DNA of 64,000 nucleotides from Podarcis tiliguerta (GCA_965153285.1 OZ229115.1); one strand, 5' to 3'; shown: positions 39,351-53,119, numbered from the stretch's first letter. Numbers and translations are program-made. Notes: generated by a model not told the origin, from the sequence alone.

Positions 39351-41735
39351 TCAATGTTAGAATTAGGGGATCCTTTTAATTTGATCAAATTGAAGAAGAA
39401 AAATTGACAAATCCGCCAGGGGAGTAATTAAGGATGCAAAACTATAGGGCCAGGAGATACATTTACTGTACCATTAACAGATTGTAGCCTGTTTAAGGAG
39501 TGGTTTGGAACAGTAACCCCAAGCCACAACCTTTTGTTGCCTGGCTTGACTCACAGCACAAGCTTCCCTAGGTTGGTGACAGCTTTCTTGCATTTGAGAT
39601 TTCATTTAGCTGATTACTTCTTAAGTCTCGACATCTCCCAGCCTCTTACTGAATACATTAAACCCCATTTCTGCATTTTATGCCCATAGGCGTAGCCATG
39701 ATTTTTGTTTGGTGGGGGGAAGAACCGAGTTATCTGTGGCACAATTGATATTTTTATTTATTTACTTTTTTGGAGAGGGGGCGGCTAGATGCCCCTCTGC
39801 AGCTATGCCCATGTCTATGCCCATTCATTAGAAACACCCTTGTTAGCAAAGCTACCTTTCAGGCAAGCCAGTTTGAAAGTTCAGCCATGTCACAACTATT
39901 TCCATTTCAGAATGATGCTGAAACATCTATTGAAGTTTCCCCTAAATGTTATTTTACAGCTGCGAAACTGTCAGAGACAGATCTCTCTCTTTAAATACTT
40001 TTGACTTTGAAAGTGCAAGGAGTGAAGAGAATACATACTGCATTCCATAAATACTGTATATTACGGGGGGGGGGGGGGGACACCTCTACCTTCTACGATG
40101 ACCCATGCCTTCTCAACTGACCAAGCTGAAGCTTCCTTATTTGTACTGCATCGACAGATTACAGACCATCACACCAGGGGCTTAATCTACGGGTAAATAT
40201 TCATAGTTTATTAAGCTTCAGGGAAAGCATGAAGCTGTTTAAGGCATATATGGAAGAACAGTGTCACAACAGAATCTGTATCTGAGGAAAACAGGTTTGC
40301 TGCGTGTTAGCAAGTTAGCTTGAGTGCCTTTGATGTGTAACTAACAAGATAGGGTGAGCTCCATGCTGCTGCTTATTTAAGTACTGGAAAAAGCCTCTTT
40401 TAGGCTAATTGAGGCCCCTGCATGTGTCAGAGTGGCTTTTACCTTGAAAGCCAAAAAAAATGTATCCCTGACTGATATGCAAATGATAGGAACAATGGAA
40501 AGATGAGTCAGGGTGGATTCTGAGTGCCTTTGTACTTTTGCATCAAACATATAGGGAATGGAAATCCCTGAACTTTTCACAGAAGAGGCTGGCGGGTTTA
40601 ATGCCAGGCTAGTTTATTCTTAGTAGGTATCATTCTTTTTTGGTTAGCGGTAGGAAAGCATAGACTGGTTGCTCTTCCCTGGTCACCCTTCCTCCCTTAC
40701 CTGCTACATGCAGATTCACGGAGTGGCTATTAACACCACGTGTGAGCATAGGGAGGAATGGCTACTTTCAGCAAGAATGGACAACAACCCCCACCCCCAA
40801 TAATTTATCCAGGAAAACAATAACCCAATTATGTTTTCCTACCCTGGATTAGCAGAAAGATGCAACTGTTTCCATTAAACTCTTTCTTTGGAGAAAGGTG
40901 CTAAATAGCATGGGCAGAGGGATGAAAACCTTGCCTCGGTGGTACCTGCATCAGAACCAATACTTGTATAGCACTAACTGAGATCACAGACAGTTTGGGT
41001 CAATGCAACAAGTACCCCCCCCCCATGCATATAGCTTCCACACTGAAGCCCAATATAGTACCGTTTCTTCTTATAGGAAGGAATATCCTACACCTTGCTC
41101 GGTGAGGATTATTAAGCCAGAGCCTGGCTGCAATGATCTCCAACAGAAATAAATTGCCATCAAGGTTCCTGTTTATAAAACAGCCTCGTTTTTAACCAGT
41201 AGCTGATTCCGCAATGTGGTTTCATGCTGCTTTTACCGGGGGATTATACTTTCATCTCCACCCCTCTCACTCCAGATTTCCCCCATGTTTGGGCATTTCT
41301 TTTTCTGAGAATAACTTTGAAGCCTTTTAAAAAACACAACAACCAAAAGAAAAATAAAATAATAATCAGCTGTGTACATTATTAATGAAAGGAGTTGCAT
41401 TATCTCACAAATTAGACATAGGGGGTATAGAGGGGTGTTTATTTCAGTTCGAGTTCTGAAGCCTGGGGTGTAGAATCTGTGCATCCTGCTCTTCTACTGG
41501 TCTCTTGTGGGTCAGCTCAGATTTCAGCTGCAGTAAGATTGCTTCGGCAGCCGGTGCATCTATGCCATTTGCTTTGTTTGCGAAAGAGATGATGGCCCTG
41601 GTGACCACCTGGTCGGGTTTTTGTTTGCTCTCTGTGGTCCTACCCTAGTTGCTTTCTGTTGATGGTGACTTTGCCGACCCACACGGGCTATAAGTCTTCT
41701 TGCTGCTGCTGCTGCTGTTGTTTCAGTGTATTGCG

Positions 41736-41967
41736 TTATGCCAAGGAATAGATAGCATTAACTGGTGATGTGGCTTCTGAACTCTCATTGCCTTCTGTCT
41801 CCTCTTTGTCCTTCTTGACTGTGTACTGGCCAATAAAGGAGCCGTCCTCATTGAACTGCCCTTCGCCTCCTTCGCCATAGTCCACCAAGCTGTCATCACT
41901 TTCTTGTTGCTTTATCGTGCCATCTAAAGAGGTCTGACTGCCCTGCAGCGGCTTGTTGTCTTCATCA
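41736..41967 (-). CDS. NFASC: Neurofascin last coding exon (ankyrin-binding FIGQY, C-terminal PDZ-binding SLA)
   Basis: cttttgatgctag|T GAT GAA GAC...TTG GCA TAA. Translates to (S)[76 protein letters not shown], matching the neurofascin C-terminus as I recall it. Absent from the ORF track because it has no start codon. Confidence 0.98.
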
Positions 41968-42949
41968 CTAGCATCAAAAGGAAAAGAAGTGCCATCAGTA
42001 GTGGGAAGGAATGGCTTTAAAGGGACAGGATCACTGTAAACATATGAAACTGGTTTCGTCCAGGCGGTTGTACTTCAGAAGGCAAGCACAGTGCAGGAAG
42101 ATCTGGGAAACACGGCTCCAAGCAGCTTTTTGCAAATTACCAATGAAATCTTTCCCAGTGCAAAGCTATTCAGGTGCAAAGGGTAGTATTTTCCCAATAA
42201 CCTAAATAAATCAGGAGGGAGTCTCTTCTTCAAAGGGCTGTGATGGTGGAAGCCTGACCACAACTACAAAGTGAATAAACCATGTAGGAACTCTGAGCTT
42301 TCCAGTTGTATTAAGCCACAGTCCCATCAAATTCAAGTTTCTTGTATTAAAAAATAAAGTTTTCTGGTACACTATAAGGTTAACAAATTTGTTATGGCAA
42401 AAGCTTTCAAGGACAGTGGTCCACTTAAATCAGTTGCATGAAGTGTTATCCTGAGTTGCAGGCATGCGTTGTATATAACACACACATGGTGGGGGGAGGG
42501 GGACTGTGAACAGTAAGAGAAGGAAACGAAATACAGAAAAGTACAGGTGGTGATAATTATGTATTTAACAGTAATTATCACAAAATATGATTGAGTTGGT
42601 AACACACCCATCCTGTCACCGATAAGCTAAATAACACATGTGTGATGAAAAATCCATTGTACCCATTTAATCCACAAATTATAGCACTGAACTCCTGATT
42701 TATTGTGATTCAGTTGTTTTTATGGTTAGTTATAGAATGTTCTAGGGTCCCAATCACAATGGACTTTTAAGAATTACACTACATGTTAATTGGCTTACCA
42801 ATGACAGCATGGCAGGGTATCAACTCAACTGGTTTTTGTGAGGCTGCTGTTAAGTAAATAATATTTACGTCTGGGTTTTTTCTGCATTTCATTTCCTTCT
42901 GATCTCACTGTTTATATCCCCACCCCACTCCCTGTGTATCTTAGATTAA

Positions 42950-43040
42950 GACTTTGTGCATCTGATGAAGTGGGCTGTATTCCATGAAACTTGCGCTGTA
43001 ATAAACATGTTAATGTTTAAGGTACCACAAATCTCTTCAA
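42950..43040 (+). mobile_element. Penelope-like element terminal-repeat fragment with a degenerate hammerhead ribozyme core
   Basis: gcatCTGATGAagtgggctgtattccatGAAActtgcgctgtaataaacatgttaatgtttaaggtaccacaa follows the CTGANGA-stem-GAAA..aataaa..gttagt..taaggtgccaca layout of sauropsid Penelope-like repeats. Confidence 0.7.
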
Positions 43041-44079
43041 AGAGACTCTAGGTTGGCAAGAGTTGTGTTGAGGACCAGCCATGTAGAAGGCAGCTGAGTG
43101 GCTCTAATTCAATCCAAATTGGACGTAATATATTCAAGTGCCATTTTGGCTATTTTTAATTTACTCTTAACTATGCAGCTTTTGAAAATGATGCAGAGAC
43201 ACTTTTAAAAATGGCACTTCTACACTTAGCGGGGGAGTTCCATGCTCTTTTCGTAAGGGGAATTTCTGACCTGCAAATATGCATATTTTATTACGTTATA
43301 GAAAGCCCCACAAATAGTACTGGTTTCTGCTTTTGCAGTCTTGTTGTCAGCCCCAAGATGTTGAGGACTCAAGAACAACCTTCTGCAGAATTCATGAGGC
43401 TGGCTTAACAATACTGGAGCTTTTTTAAAAAAGGCTCAGGTAACATCATAGAGAAAACGGTCCTATCATTGCTTGCTAGCCATAATGAACCTTCTATGTT
43501 TAGAGGCAGAACCTCTCTACCCGACGCAGAAAAAGAATCAGGGGACATTTATCTCCATTATGGCTTACTTGCATGCTTGCCAGGGAGGTGTGTGGCTAGT
43601 CAGTGTTAAACAAAATATTGTGCTGGAGCCGTTGGGACATTCTAAAAGGGATGTTTGTATACCCACATGTGCAGGAATCCATGTATTGGACTCTGCCAAG
43701 AACAAAAGATTTAACTGCCAGGAACAGGAGACTCTGCAGATCAATGGGGGACTGTTTTAGGGATCTGACATCTTCATCATCTGCCAACCTAAGTCCATCT
43801 GTACCTCCTTCTGCCCCTTCCCCTTGAAGGGAATAGTCTGGACTCTGGATCATGTCATCAAGTGCCATAGAAGAGACAGCTATGTATATCCCCATATATA
43901 CCTATTGTAACTGTACCATCATGTGCATTTCAACTGTAAATTGTTTTGGGAGCCAATCCTGACTTAAAAGAAGGGTGTATAATAAATAAATAAATACCCA
44001 ATTCATTGTCATATCTATGAGGCTCAACTTTTTATCCTAACACAGAAAAAGATCATTTAAGGTTTTGTGTTGCAGTTTT

Positions 44080-44123
44080 GTTTTGCCATAAGAATCATCT
44101 GGTTTTGCCATAAGAATTATCTG
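44080..44123. repeat. 22-bp tandem duplication
   Basis: gttttgccataagaatcatctg gttttgccataagaattatctg (one mismatch). Confidence 0.9.
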
Positions 44124-44261
44124 GTTAGATAAAACATGTAGCCCACCATTCTGCCAGACAGTGGCCACTACAAGCATAAATAACAGAACAAGTGGTGTCA
44201 TCATTCCTCCTGATCTTGCAAAACTGTCTAACAGAAGGTAGCCTGTGATAGCTCTCTAGGG

Positions 44262-44314
44262 CAGGCATAGGCAAACTCGGCCCTCCAGATGTTTTGGGAC
44301 TACAACTCCCATCA
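44262..44314. mobile_element. Half copy of the hAT-type MITE
   Basis: caggcataggcaaactcggccctccagatgttttgggactacaactcccatca; the second arm is missing. Confidence 0.75.
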
Positions 44315-45455
44315 ATATAAGGCAATATAAGGAGGCAAAAAAACAAGAATGAGAGACCCAGGGCTTTTCATCTAAAATCTTCATTTTCCAAACCAAAAGA
44401 GTATGCAGATAAAATATATCCGGCATCATAATGTCCCCTTTGAGTTGTCCTCCCCCCCCACCCCCTTCCCAATATACCAGGCCAATGAAGTTTCTAAGAT
44501 ATTCCCGGCTGGTTTTGACCTTCTAAAGGCTACAGTCCAGAGAACTATACAGCTAATTCTGTGGGCCCAGTGGGGCTTTTGAGTTCCTTCCTCGCTCCCC
44601 TCTCTTTAAAGAGCACTCGCTCACACAACAAGCCAAGTGGCTTCGCAGAGGGCTGCTGCTGAAAGGCAAAATGTCAAAAAATTCTCTTGTGCCTTATTTA
44701 ACCTAGCTCTCTGGATTGTAGGCCAAAGAAGACTGTTAACTTGGTTGCCTTGTTAGTGCGTTAGGTATATACAACTTTTAACACACAAACAACAGTTTAC
44801 TTATTTGGTTAAATGGAAATATTGCAGCTTATTTAAAGTATTAAGGGAAGCCTGACTCAGGCTGGTTCAGGAGCATCATGGTCAAGAGTTGCATATGTCA
44901 GAATGAATATTTTCTGTGTACAAGATTTCTAGGGAATCTTCACTCTGAACTGATCCCAGGCCTCTGGTAGCTGCTGACTTTTTCTTCACCATGTTTCCAT
45001 TGTTTTACTGCCCAGCATGTGAAATCAGGTATTATCTTGTTTTTCAAACCTCAGAGGCACATAATACAAGTAGCTTACCTGAGCATATGGGGGCTACTCA
45101 AATCTGCAGCCCAGAAGACCCCTTTTCTTGTGACTAATCTCCCTTTGAGTGCTGAACTAACCAATGGCTGTCATTGCCACAGCTGAATTAGTCACAGAAA
45201 AAGGAATGAAGCTGAGGTCACGCTAATTCAATTGGTTGTGTGTCGGCTCCAAATACGCAGGCAGAATGCAACTCATTGGACACACGGTGCCCGAAATTTC
45301 AAGGGAAGGAATAGTAAGTGAAACTTTAATGGTGTTAGATGAAGGTTGGTGGTGGAGAGGCAGGGAAAGGTGGTAGAGAATAAGGTGTGTTTCAGTGATG
45401 GAACTGCTGAAAGAAAAAGCTGTGTGCCAGACTTTGGGGCAGTCCACAGTCCTAC

Positions 45456-45467
45456 CTTTCAAGAGAC
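45456..45467 (-). CDS. NFASC: 12-nt cytoplasmic microexon encoding RSLE
   Basis: Long polypyrimidine tract, then ccatgaag|GTCTCTTGAAAG|gtagga; phase 2-2. Inclusion gives FDY-RSLE-SDEDNK, the same insert at the same position as the L1CAM/NRCAM RSLE microexon. Confidence 0.9.
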
Positions 45468-48400
45468 CTTCATGGTCCATGTAGAAAGACAAGGTGAAAA
45501 GGAGAAGAAAGAATGGGAATAAAACAGAGAGAGAAGCAGAAAGAGCCTGATCAGAGAGCAAAATGATGAAGTATGCATTTCAGGGGGAAGTGCTGGGGAG
45601 AAAAATCCACCTATCCCCCCACCCCCCAAAGGAGCTAGTCACTTTATTGTTGTGCATACAAAATAAATTAAAAATAAACAAATAAACCTGTTGTGCATCC
45701 ACACCAAAATATGTATCTAATGGATTCCAAAAGCAAGTAATTTGCAAATAAATGAGATGTGCCCTCAAATCTGAGGCAGGGAGGGAGGGAGCACTAGTAG
45801 GGCAGAAGATACAACCCCACATGGCTTCATTAAATGTCGTCCTGAAAGGCAGCTGAGCAGCCACTAGCCTGTGGTCTGTCATGCTGTTCCAATGACGTAA
45901 TGTGCTACAAGCCCCTCTCAGAAAAGGCTGCCTTCAGGAAAGAAAGGAGCATGGTATTCGCTTGACCTTGGTGGAAATCAGGCAGCTCTGCATATGAAGG
46001 GAGGGGGTGCTTCTAAGTTACATTTCCACTGTGCGGAGATTGTACCGGATGAGCAGATGGCAAGTGTCTTTTGGGAGGCAGGTATATATTGTGGTTTCAA
46101 AATGAGTGGACTGGAGGGGAAGGCACTCTTATTCCATATATTACAAAAGACACACAAGAGATTTGCCTATGCGTAGAGGTGGGGGTGGGGAATGAGTGAA
46201 ACAGGAAAGAAACGCATTATGAAATGCATCTGCTCCTTTCTTGGTGGCTGTGTTCAATGACCTCTGGGGCCCTGGAAGAACACGGAATTGATTAAGGCTC
46301 TATCAAGATAGGAATTCTGACTGTCATGTATTAGACACTGCCGATGTCAGAAAACTGGCCTAATATAGACCCACTTCCAAGTAACATGAAATTGCTATCT
46401 GGGTTCACATGAACCCACTTGCCAGCAGTCTGGGCTGTATGCAAGTGCTCCTAGTTTTTAACAGGCATTTGCCAATTCCTTGTACTCGCTATTGCTATAT
46501 TTTACACAGGGACCTTTAGTTGGGGATGCGTTGAAATCATGACTGCAACTGCAAATGCTTGACTGAGTAGAAAGCCCAGTAACGTTACCTGAAAATATAT
46601 GGGGAGCAGGAAGGAGCAGCTTGGATGGGACCAGCAGGTCTGAAGTTTTAAAATTCTAGTTCTTCTCTCTCTCTCTCTCAACCAAATCAGTTGGCCTAGT
46701 AAGGCATGGTTACTGGAACAGAATGCTATTTAAGGACATGGACTTCCAAACATCTTAGCTTACAAGGAGACCATTATTCTGGCAGCAAAGTAGAAAGAAG
46801 TGACAGTATCTCTTTAATTACAGGCTGCAGTGATTGGAATGAAGTGCGCACAGGGCACTAAGGATGTGAAGGGCATGATGAAAGCATATTAGACATGCTT
46901 CTATGAAGGTAGGAAGAGAACCAATAAAGAAAGCATGTCAGCACATATCCTGTCCACCTTTCAAGCACTAATAGTAACTTTTCCCCCGGACTGCTCGATT
47001 CCTTGTGAATTTTAAGCAGCTAACCACTTTGCTTCTGACTCCTTATGGGATGTGTCACTTTCCTAACACCCTGCATTAACACTCTGGTTAATTGTAAAAA
47101 GAAGAAGAAGAAAAATCTGTGATTTTTATCTAGGGGGGAAGAAGGGGACGACAGTTGTTAAAGCATTGTGCCTTCAAAGTGTCCAGCTTGCACATCATGA
47201 GTAATCACAGTTAATGGCTTACTGTGAATGCAAATATCACTCCTCTCCTCTAGACGAGGGATGGGGAATTGGATCCAGACTGCAGGCCGGCTCTTTATCT
47301 TCCCCACTCTCCATGGGCAAGGTTTAACAGGTAGATGAGGTCATGCAGTGCGTGTTGCATAGAAGCCTCTACCTTCAGCTGATGGAACTTCAAAGTACCA
47401 TGCATGACTCTCTGTAAGCACTAACGACCAGTTGATTGTAAGGGCTTCAAAGTGTCACACACAGCGTCACAAATGTGGGGGCTTATTATGAGCCTCACTA
47501 GGCACTATGCACAGGGTTTTTCAGGTCCTGCTGACTGGGAGTGTCGACAAAGCTGTTTTTGGCCCAGCAATGTCTTTACCTGCTCTACACCTGGTGCCAT
47601 TTATGACTTCTGGTGAAGGGCAGCGAGGTATGGCTTGGTCAAAACAACATTGCAGGTAAAATAAGGTTTCCCACCGCTGCTCTTGACAGTGGGAGCAACA
47701 AGCGACGATCTCTGTCTCAGCATTATGCCTGACTGGGAACTGTAGTTTGCTATGCTGAAACAAAACATGGTTGGTAAGACAAATCTTGGCTCAACACCCT
47801 GGTTTGTTTGGAAACAAACCACAATCCCTACTTCAGACATAACCTTAATACCTGGGTATTAAGGTTTGTTACGCCTGCTGGCTACAAGGGACGAGTGAAA
47901 CGGAAGCCTTCTGTGCATTTGATGGTTTAATGGATTACTGTGATGTGCAAATTTTGCCAATGTGTGTGCATGAGGAGCTTAATATCAAAGCTATGGCATG
48001 TAACACAGTGACTGCTTCTGCAAAATGAGCATTCAGTTATAAAGTTACTTCATTCATTCATACTGTGCTGTTTTCTCCTGTCGCCATATTATTATAGTAT
48101 TTGTCTCTTTATTTTCAATTTGTGCGTTAAGAAATTTTCTGTCAGATTTATGCAGAATTCTAGACTAAACTTTTATTCTCACAATGGTTTTCTTGGACAA
48201 GAATTGGTGATTCTCAAATTCTCCTGATATGCTTCATCAACACACTTTCATTTATTCAATAAAGTAAGTAATGCCTGATAGGATAGTCAATTAACTAGTG
48301 TTAATCATAGTTTTTCTTCTAGGTTCATTAGGTTGGAGAGTTCATAATCATCAATATGGTTTGGAATAATAAACTCACTAAGAGAACTTTAGAATAGAGG

Positions 48401-50063
48401 GCATGGGTTGGAAACCAACCCACTACTTACATGAACAAGACAGTGCTTAAAGTTTCATGGGTGACAAATTGGAGTGTATCCTCTAAATGTTTGCAAATGA
48501 TCAGCCTTCAAATAATCCCTCCATTTTAGATTTGCTTATATGGTTTTATGCTGCAAGATGTATGCATGGTACTTCTTTCAAAGTTCTGCAGGGAACCGTT
48601 CAAGCAGCTTGTTATTCATGACACCAGTTCTTGCTCTTCATCATTTCAAATCAAGCCCTTTTGTATTTCTTTCAAATAATTCTGGAAACTCTGGAGGATT
48701 TCGTGGGAGCTCAGTTCAAAATTAACTATATCTGAGCAGAGGGTCTTACCATTAGGGAGGGTGAACCAGCCCCCTCAGGCAGTAAATTTGGGGTGGCATG
48801 AAAGGGCAACAAAGTGTTCATTATTTAGTTTGTTATTATTGAAACTTTACTGCCAGGAAGCAGGGAGAATTGCTTGTGGGGTTTTCAGGTGCCAAAATAA
48901 CTTGGCTGGCCTCACGAACTGTACCCCTTGACTTGATGGTGGTACACCATTTGCTGTTCTGCCTCAGGCAGCAAAAGGTGTTGGGCTGGCTGAATCTGAG
49001 TAAATCATCCTGTTTGCTTAAAAGCACTAAGCAAGCAGAGATGTACAAAGAGCACGTTTGCTCTAAGTCACATAGATTAACAAAATGCTAGCAGTGTTAC
49101 CTGTTTCAGTGCCTTGGAAGCAAGGGGGAAACAAATGTAAAACTTGAACGCAGGACCCATCTGTGAACAGCCAAAGAAAACACCTTGCTTTGGGAAGCTG
49201 AGATAAAAAGTGGCTGATGTCCTTAAAAGGTTGACTTTGAGTTTCATAGAGGGGTGATTGTAGTGGCACATGGCCCCCACTACAACAGTCAAGAGAGGTG
49301 GGTTTGCTAGGTTATACAGAGACGATCAACAAAATGAGATTGTCTGAGATCCTATAGAAAAGGATGGAATATGGAGCCCATCACAGGCTTTTGGAGAAAA
49401 TGTGTTTATTTTTCTCTAGATACAATCTGAGCAAGGTTGGGTTAACCTGTTTCTGGGCAGTGAATGCACGAGGGTGAGGAGGGTAAGTTGCTGAAAAACC
49501 CTGAAGATGCCTCTCTGAATAATCTGGTGTGTGAGAGAGACCAAACACATTGCTTCCATCTCTCCCATAGCATCTAGCTTTCTATCTGCTGTGGTGATGC
49601 TAATGAGCATTCTATTATCTTTCTTGATCCATCATGTAGTGCAAATTTCCTGGGACTGTACCATTTCAGACTACACATGAAGCACTGCACACCTGAATGC
49701 CCATGTCCCCACTATCTGCACATACAATACTAGCACGAACATAAGCTAGGACCTCTGTTCCTCATGTGCTAAGTTTCCAGAGAAATTTTGATGTGAGTAA
49801 ATAAACATCTTTTATCTGCAGCCTGAAATGGTACAGATATAGGAATAGTATACCATGCAAGTTATCTGCATGTGGAGATCAACACCTTTTTCTTTTGCAG
49901 AGATCTTTGAGACATAATGGGAGAACAAACGGTGGTAGAAAATGCACATTTATGGGAATGTGATATCTTGATGACTATTGAACCGACAAAGTTGTTCTCT
50001 GTAATAGGTGGGGTAGAGGGCAGAAAACAAATGCCTGTCACACATGCCAAGCAGAAAGCATAC

Positions 50064-50133
50064 CTGTAATCAAACGACCCATTATCTACCTTCTGGTCAT
50101 CAGGGTCCAGGGGTACATCTTTATTTTCTCGCA
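50064..50133 (-). CDS. NFASC: Neurofascin cytoplasmic exon
   Basis: (ttc)n...tattcacag|TG CGA GAA...GAT TAC AG|gtatgc; 70 nt, phase 1-2. Translates to (V)RENKDVPLDPDDQKVDNGSFDY. Confidence 0.96.
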
Positions 50134-51502
50134 CTGTGAATACATATGCAAAGAAGAAGAAGAAGAAGAAGACATCTTACTTTCATGTATTCAAGGCTGC
50201 AGTCCTAAACACACTTACGGGACTTGCTTCTGACTTGAGTGGGGATGGGCGAGGAATCCACCAAACTCCAATTCCAAAGCAGACTCTCACATTTTGATCT
50301 GGGCAAATCATGATTTCAGAATGAGGGCTGTGGGCCTGCTTCTGCTCTTTTGAAAGTGTTTCCTGATCTTTAAACTTGTAAAAATGGTTAATCCAGCTAC
50401 CCTTGGCCCGAGCAGCTAGTGCTTTGAATGCAATAGAATGCAAGTCCCTCTGGGAGCAATGGGATTTGATGAAGCTCCATCATTCTCATGAAGAAATGTA
50501 TGGGAAAAAACACTGCTGCCCCCAGAATTCACATGGACCCTTCACCTCTCTCAAACATTTTTTTTAATACCTTGCTGTTTGTGCATGGATATTTCATGTT
50601 TTTCTTTTTAAAAATATACACTGAAATGGGATGGGGGGACTTAAGTCTCATCCCCATGTAGAATTGGTTCAGATGTTTATGTGTCCATCCATTCCTAGGT
50701 CTGAGAAAACCTGTTTAGGATTGTGCTGCTAGCCTCCCAGCCTCTGCTGTCTTGTAGGTGGTCAGGAATTTAGACTGAAAATGGATGAGAAGCATCTGAA
50801 GAAATAACTGACATTGAGGTGGTTTTGCTGTTGGCAAATGTATGTGCAAAGTCATTTTTGATCACTTCCATGCTTTTAATCTCCAAAATATAATACACAT
50901 AAATCCCAGGCTGAGCAAGATTCTGATTCAAGTTCTCTTTCAAATCTTGTCTCCTGCCATTGAAGTAATCATTATTATTTCCTGCATCACAAATGCCTGG
51001 CTCAAAACTGTCACGCTAGTTGCATGCTGAACAGAGCGCAACAAATAAATTGATGTTACTATATTGTGAATAGTAAGGGGAGCATTTCCTGTGCATATGG
51101 TGTTTAGAATTGTTGGGAAATTGTCCCATGAGCTTAAAGCAAGACAAAATACAAGCTGACGTGCCTTATTTTTAGAACTGCTGCTCTATTATTATTTGGA
51201 TGCAGTCCTGAAAAAGCCGACATTTGCCGACTACTATCATGCAGTGTGATATCCGGTAAATAATAAAACAGAAGAAAATAGTAGTAAAGGATTATGGCTT
51301 GGAAGTGTTTCCTAAACCACAGCTATTGTAACGTACAAAGAATATTTCTTGGACTCTTAATATGACCATACTCATCTTAACTGCATACCCTTGGGGCTAA
51401 CTGAATACTCTTAACTGTGTTTTATAGAGATATTTAGCACTCTGCTATCTTACTTTGAAACAAGGATCTCTAGACAGACCAAGCCAGGTATACTATTTTG
51501 CA

Positions 51503-51524
51503 ACACACACACACACACACACAC
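51503..51524. repeat. (AC)n microsatellite
   Basis: Direct reading. Confidence 0.95.
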
Positions 51525-52609
51525 TGGTTTGCCCTTAATTGACTAGAATGTGGGATTGCTCCCTAAATACAATGGCCAGATACACCAGACAACTTGGATT
51601 ACAAGCCAACATGGCAAGCTTTTCAGTGCCTATTTATGCCAAGGCATTTTGGATTGTGTGGATGGCTTTTGGAATTGTATTCTATTCTTGCTTTTAGCTT
51701 CTTGAATTTTTGTTCTCTCCTCTTGCGTCTTATCAAACTTATTTGTTGGTTTTAAATTGTATTTATACGTTGTGTGAATGAATTCTATTCACACTTTCGT
51801 ACAGCACCTTGGAATCTTTTTGAGGAACAGTGGTTAAGACATCTTTGGAATAAATTAAAAGCAACCAGTTTACTTCATCCCAATATCACATAGACCCTTT
51901 CTACTGGTGAATGTATTCTTAAATTACCACACTTCCTTTATGCTTGAAGAGACCCGTGAAAAAGTAAGTAATTTTTGCAAGGGGCAGTGGGACAAGTGAA
52001 AGAAACACAAGTACATCTATCAGCTGAAAAATGTGAGTACATTTCAAATACCTCTTCCAGCAAATAAAAAAGGGGGAAGGGACTTATATCCTATTATGTG
52101 ATTGCCTCTCACCTCCAGATACAGCATAGTCAAAATCTGTATGGTACTTCTCCCCCCCCCCAACTATGGTTAATAGTTCAGGTGGGATGGGGGTCAGGGG
52201 TCAGTGTAATTGTGATATAGAAAACCATGCAGGAAGAAAAGATTAAGAACTCCCTGTCCTAATGCAGCTCCCCAATAAAAAACCCTCTTGCATATCTGCC
52301 CATAAATAATATGGTTTTTCTCTTTCTTTTAAGGAAACTGGTCACGGATGCCCCATGTTATGTCTCTTTTGGACCTTGGCATAATAAACAAACAGCTGTT
52401 CTAGAAAAAGAGGTGCTGGAACTCACCATGAAAATCTCCTTTGTTCTCTTATAATGGCAATGGCACCTACGTGAGAGATGCCAGAACTGAGTTCCAATGA
52501 GTTCCGGCAGAAAAAAGCACTGGATGATTATGATCAGACCATCTATCTAGATTTGGGAATGAATACTTCAAACCCAACAACAATTCTAGTTGATAGCTAT
52601 TTCTCTTAC

Positions 52610-52741
52610 CTGGATATTTCCCTCCTCTGCTTCTCTTAATGAAGCAAACTATCAGCAAAATCAGGACCAGGAGAGCGATGGCACACATCAGTCCAATAAA
52701 CCAGCCCTGAGTTGCAATGTCCCCTTGGTTCTTGTTATAGG
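52610..52741 (-). CDS. NFASC: Neurofascin transmembrane exon
   Basis: ctcctactag|CC TAT AAC...TAT CCA G|gtaaga; 132 nt. Translates to (A)[43 protein letters not shown], the L1-family transmembrane segment with neurofascin-type residues. Confidence 0.98.
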
Positions 52742-53117
52742 CTAGTAGGAGAAGTTGAAAGAAAAAATGTTAAGAAGAAATACAATTGATCCACATAGTG
52801 CTGAAAAATGAAAATAGCAAGCAAAAGCTATTAGATGCTTCCTGTCCCACCCAGTCCCAAGCTTCACATTTGAGGACTGGTGTCTCTCAATGCCGGTCTT
52901 CCCAAATTGGCCTGGTTTGGTTGCCACATGAAACCACAGTTAAAATAGAATTATGGTTAATGTAAAAGAGCAGCATGCTAGTACATGCTGCTCTAAAGTG
53001 CCTAAAGTGACTGGGGAGGAAGCAAATCAAAGGGTGGTTTTGTATATTATATGCGAACCAGCAGTTGTGATTTGTTTCTCTCCAAACCAAGCATGGAAGC
53101 TAAGGTTTGTTCTTTGC

Positions 53118-53119
<2 letters not shown>

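Larger units (their letters stand above)
34650..41735 (-). other. NFASC: Probable long 3'UTR of neurofascin (distal end inferred)
   Basis: Follows the stop codon. The distal ~700 nt is U-rich on the sense strand, carries Pumilio and miRNA seed motifs, and ends at an AATAAA (34668-34673). Other AATAAA hexamers lie in between, so the true end is uncertain. Confidence 0.5.

Noticed and set aside
41701-41720. Short (CAG)n run just after the NFASC stop codon, as a possible read-through polyglutamine tract
   Set aside because: The stop is TAA without the TGA-CTAG read-through context, and the run is only about five units; an ordinary UTR microsatellite.
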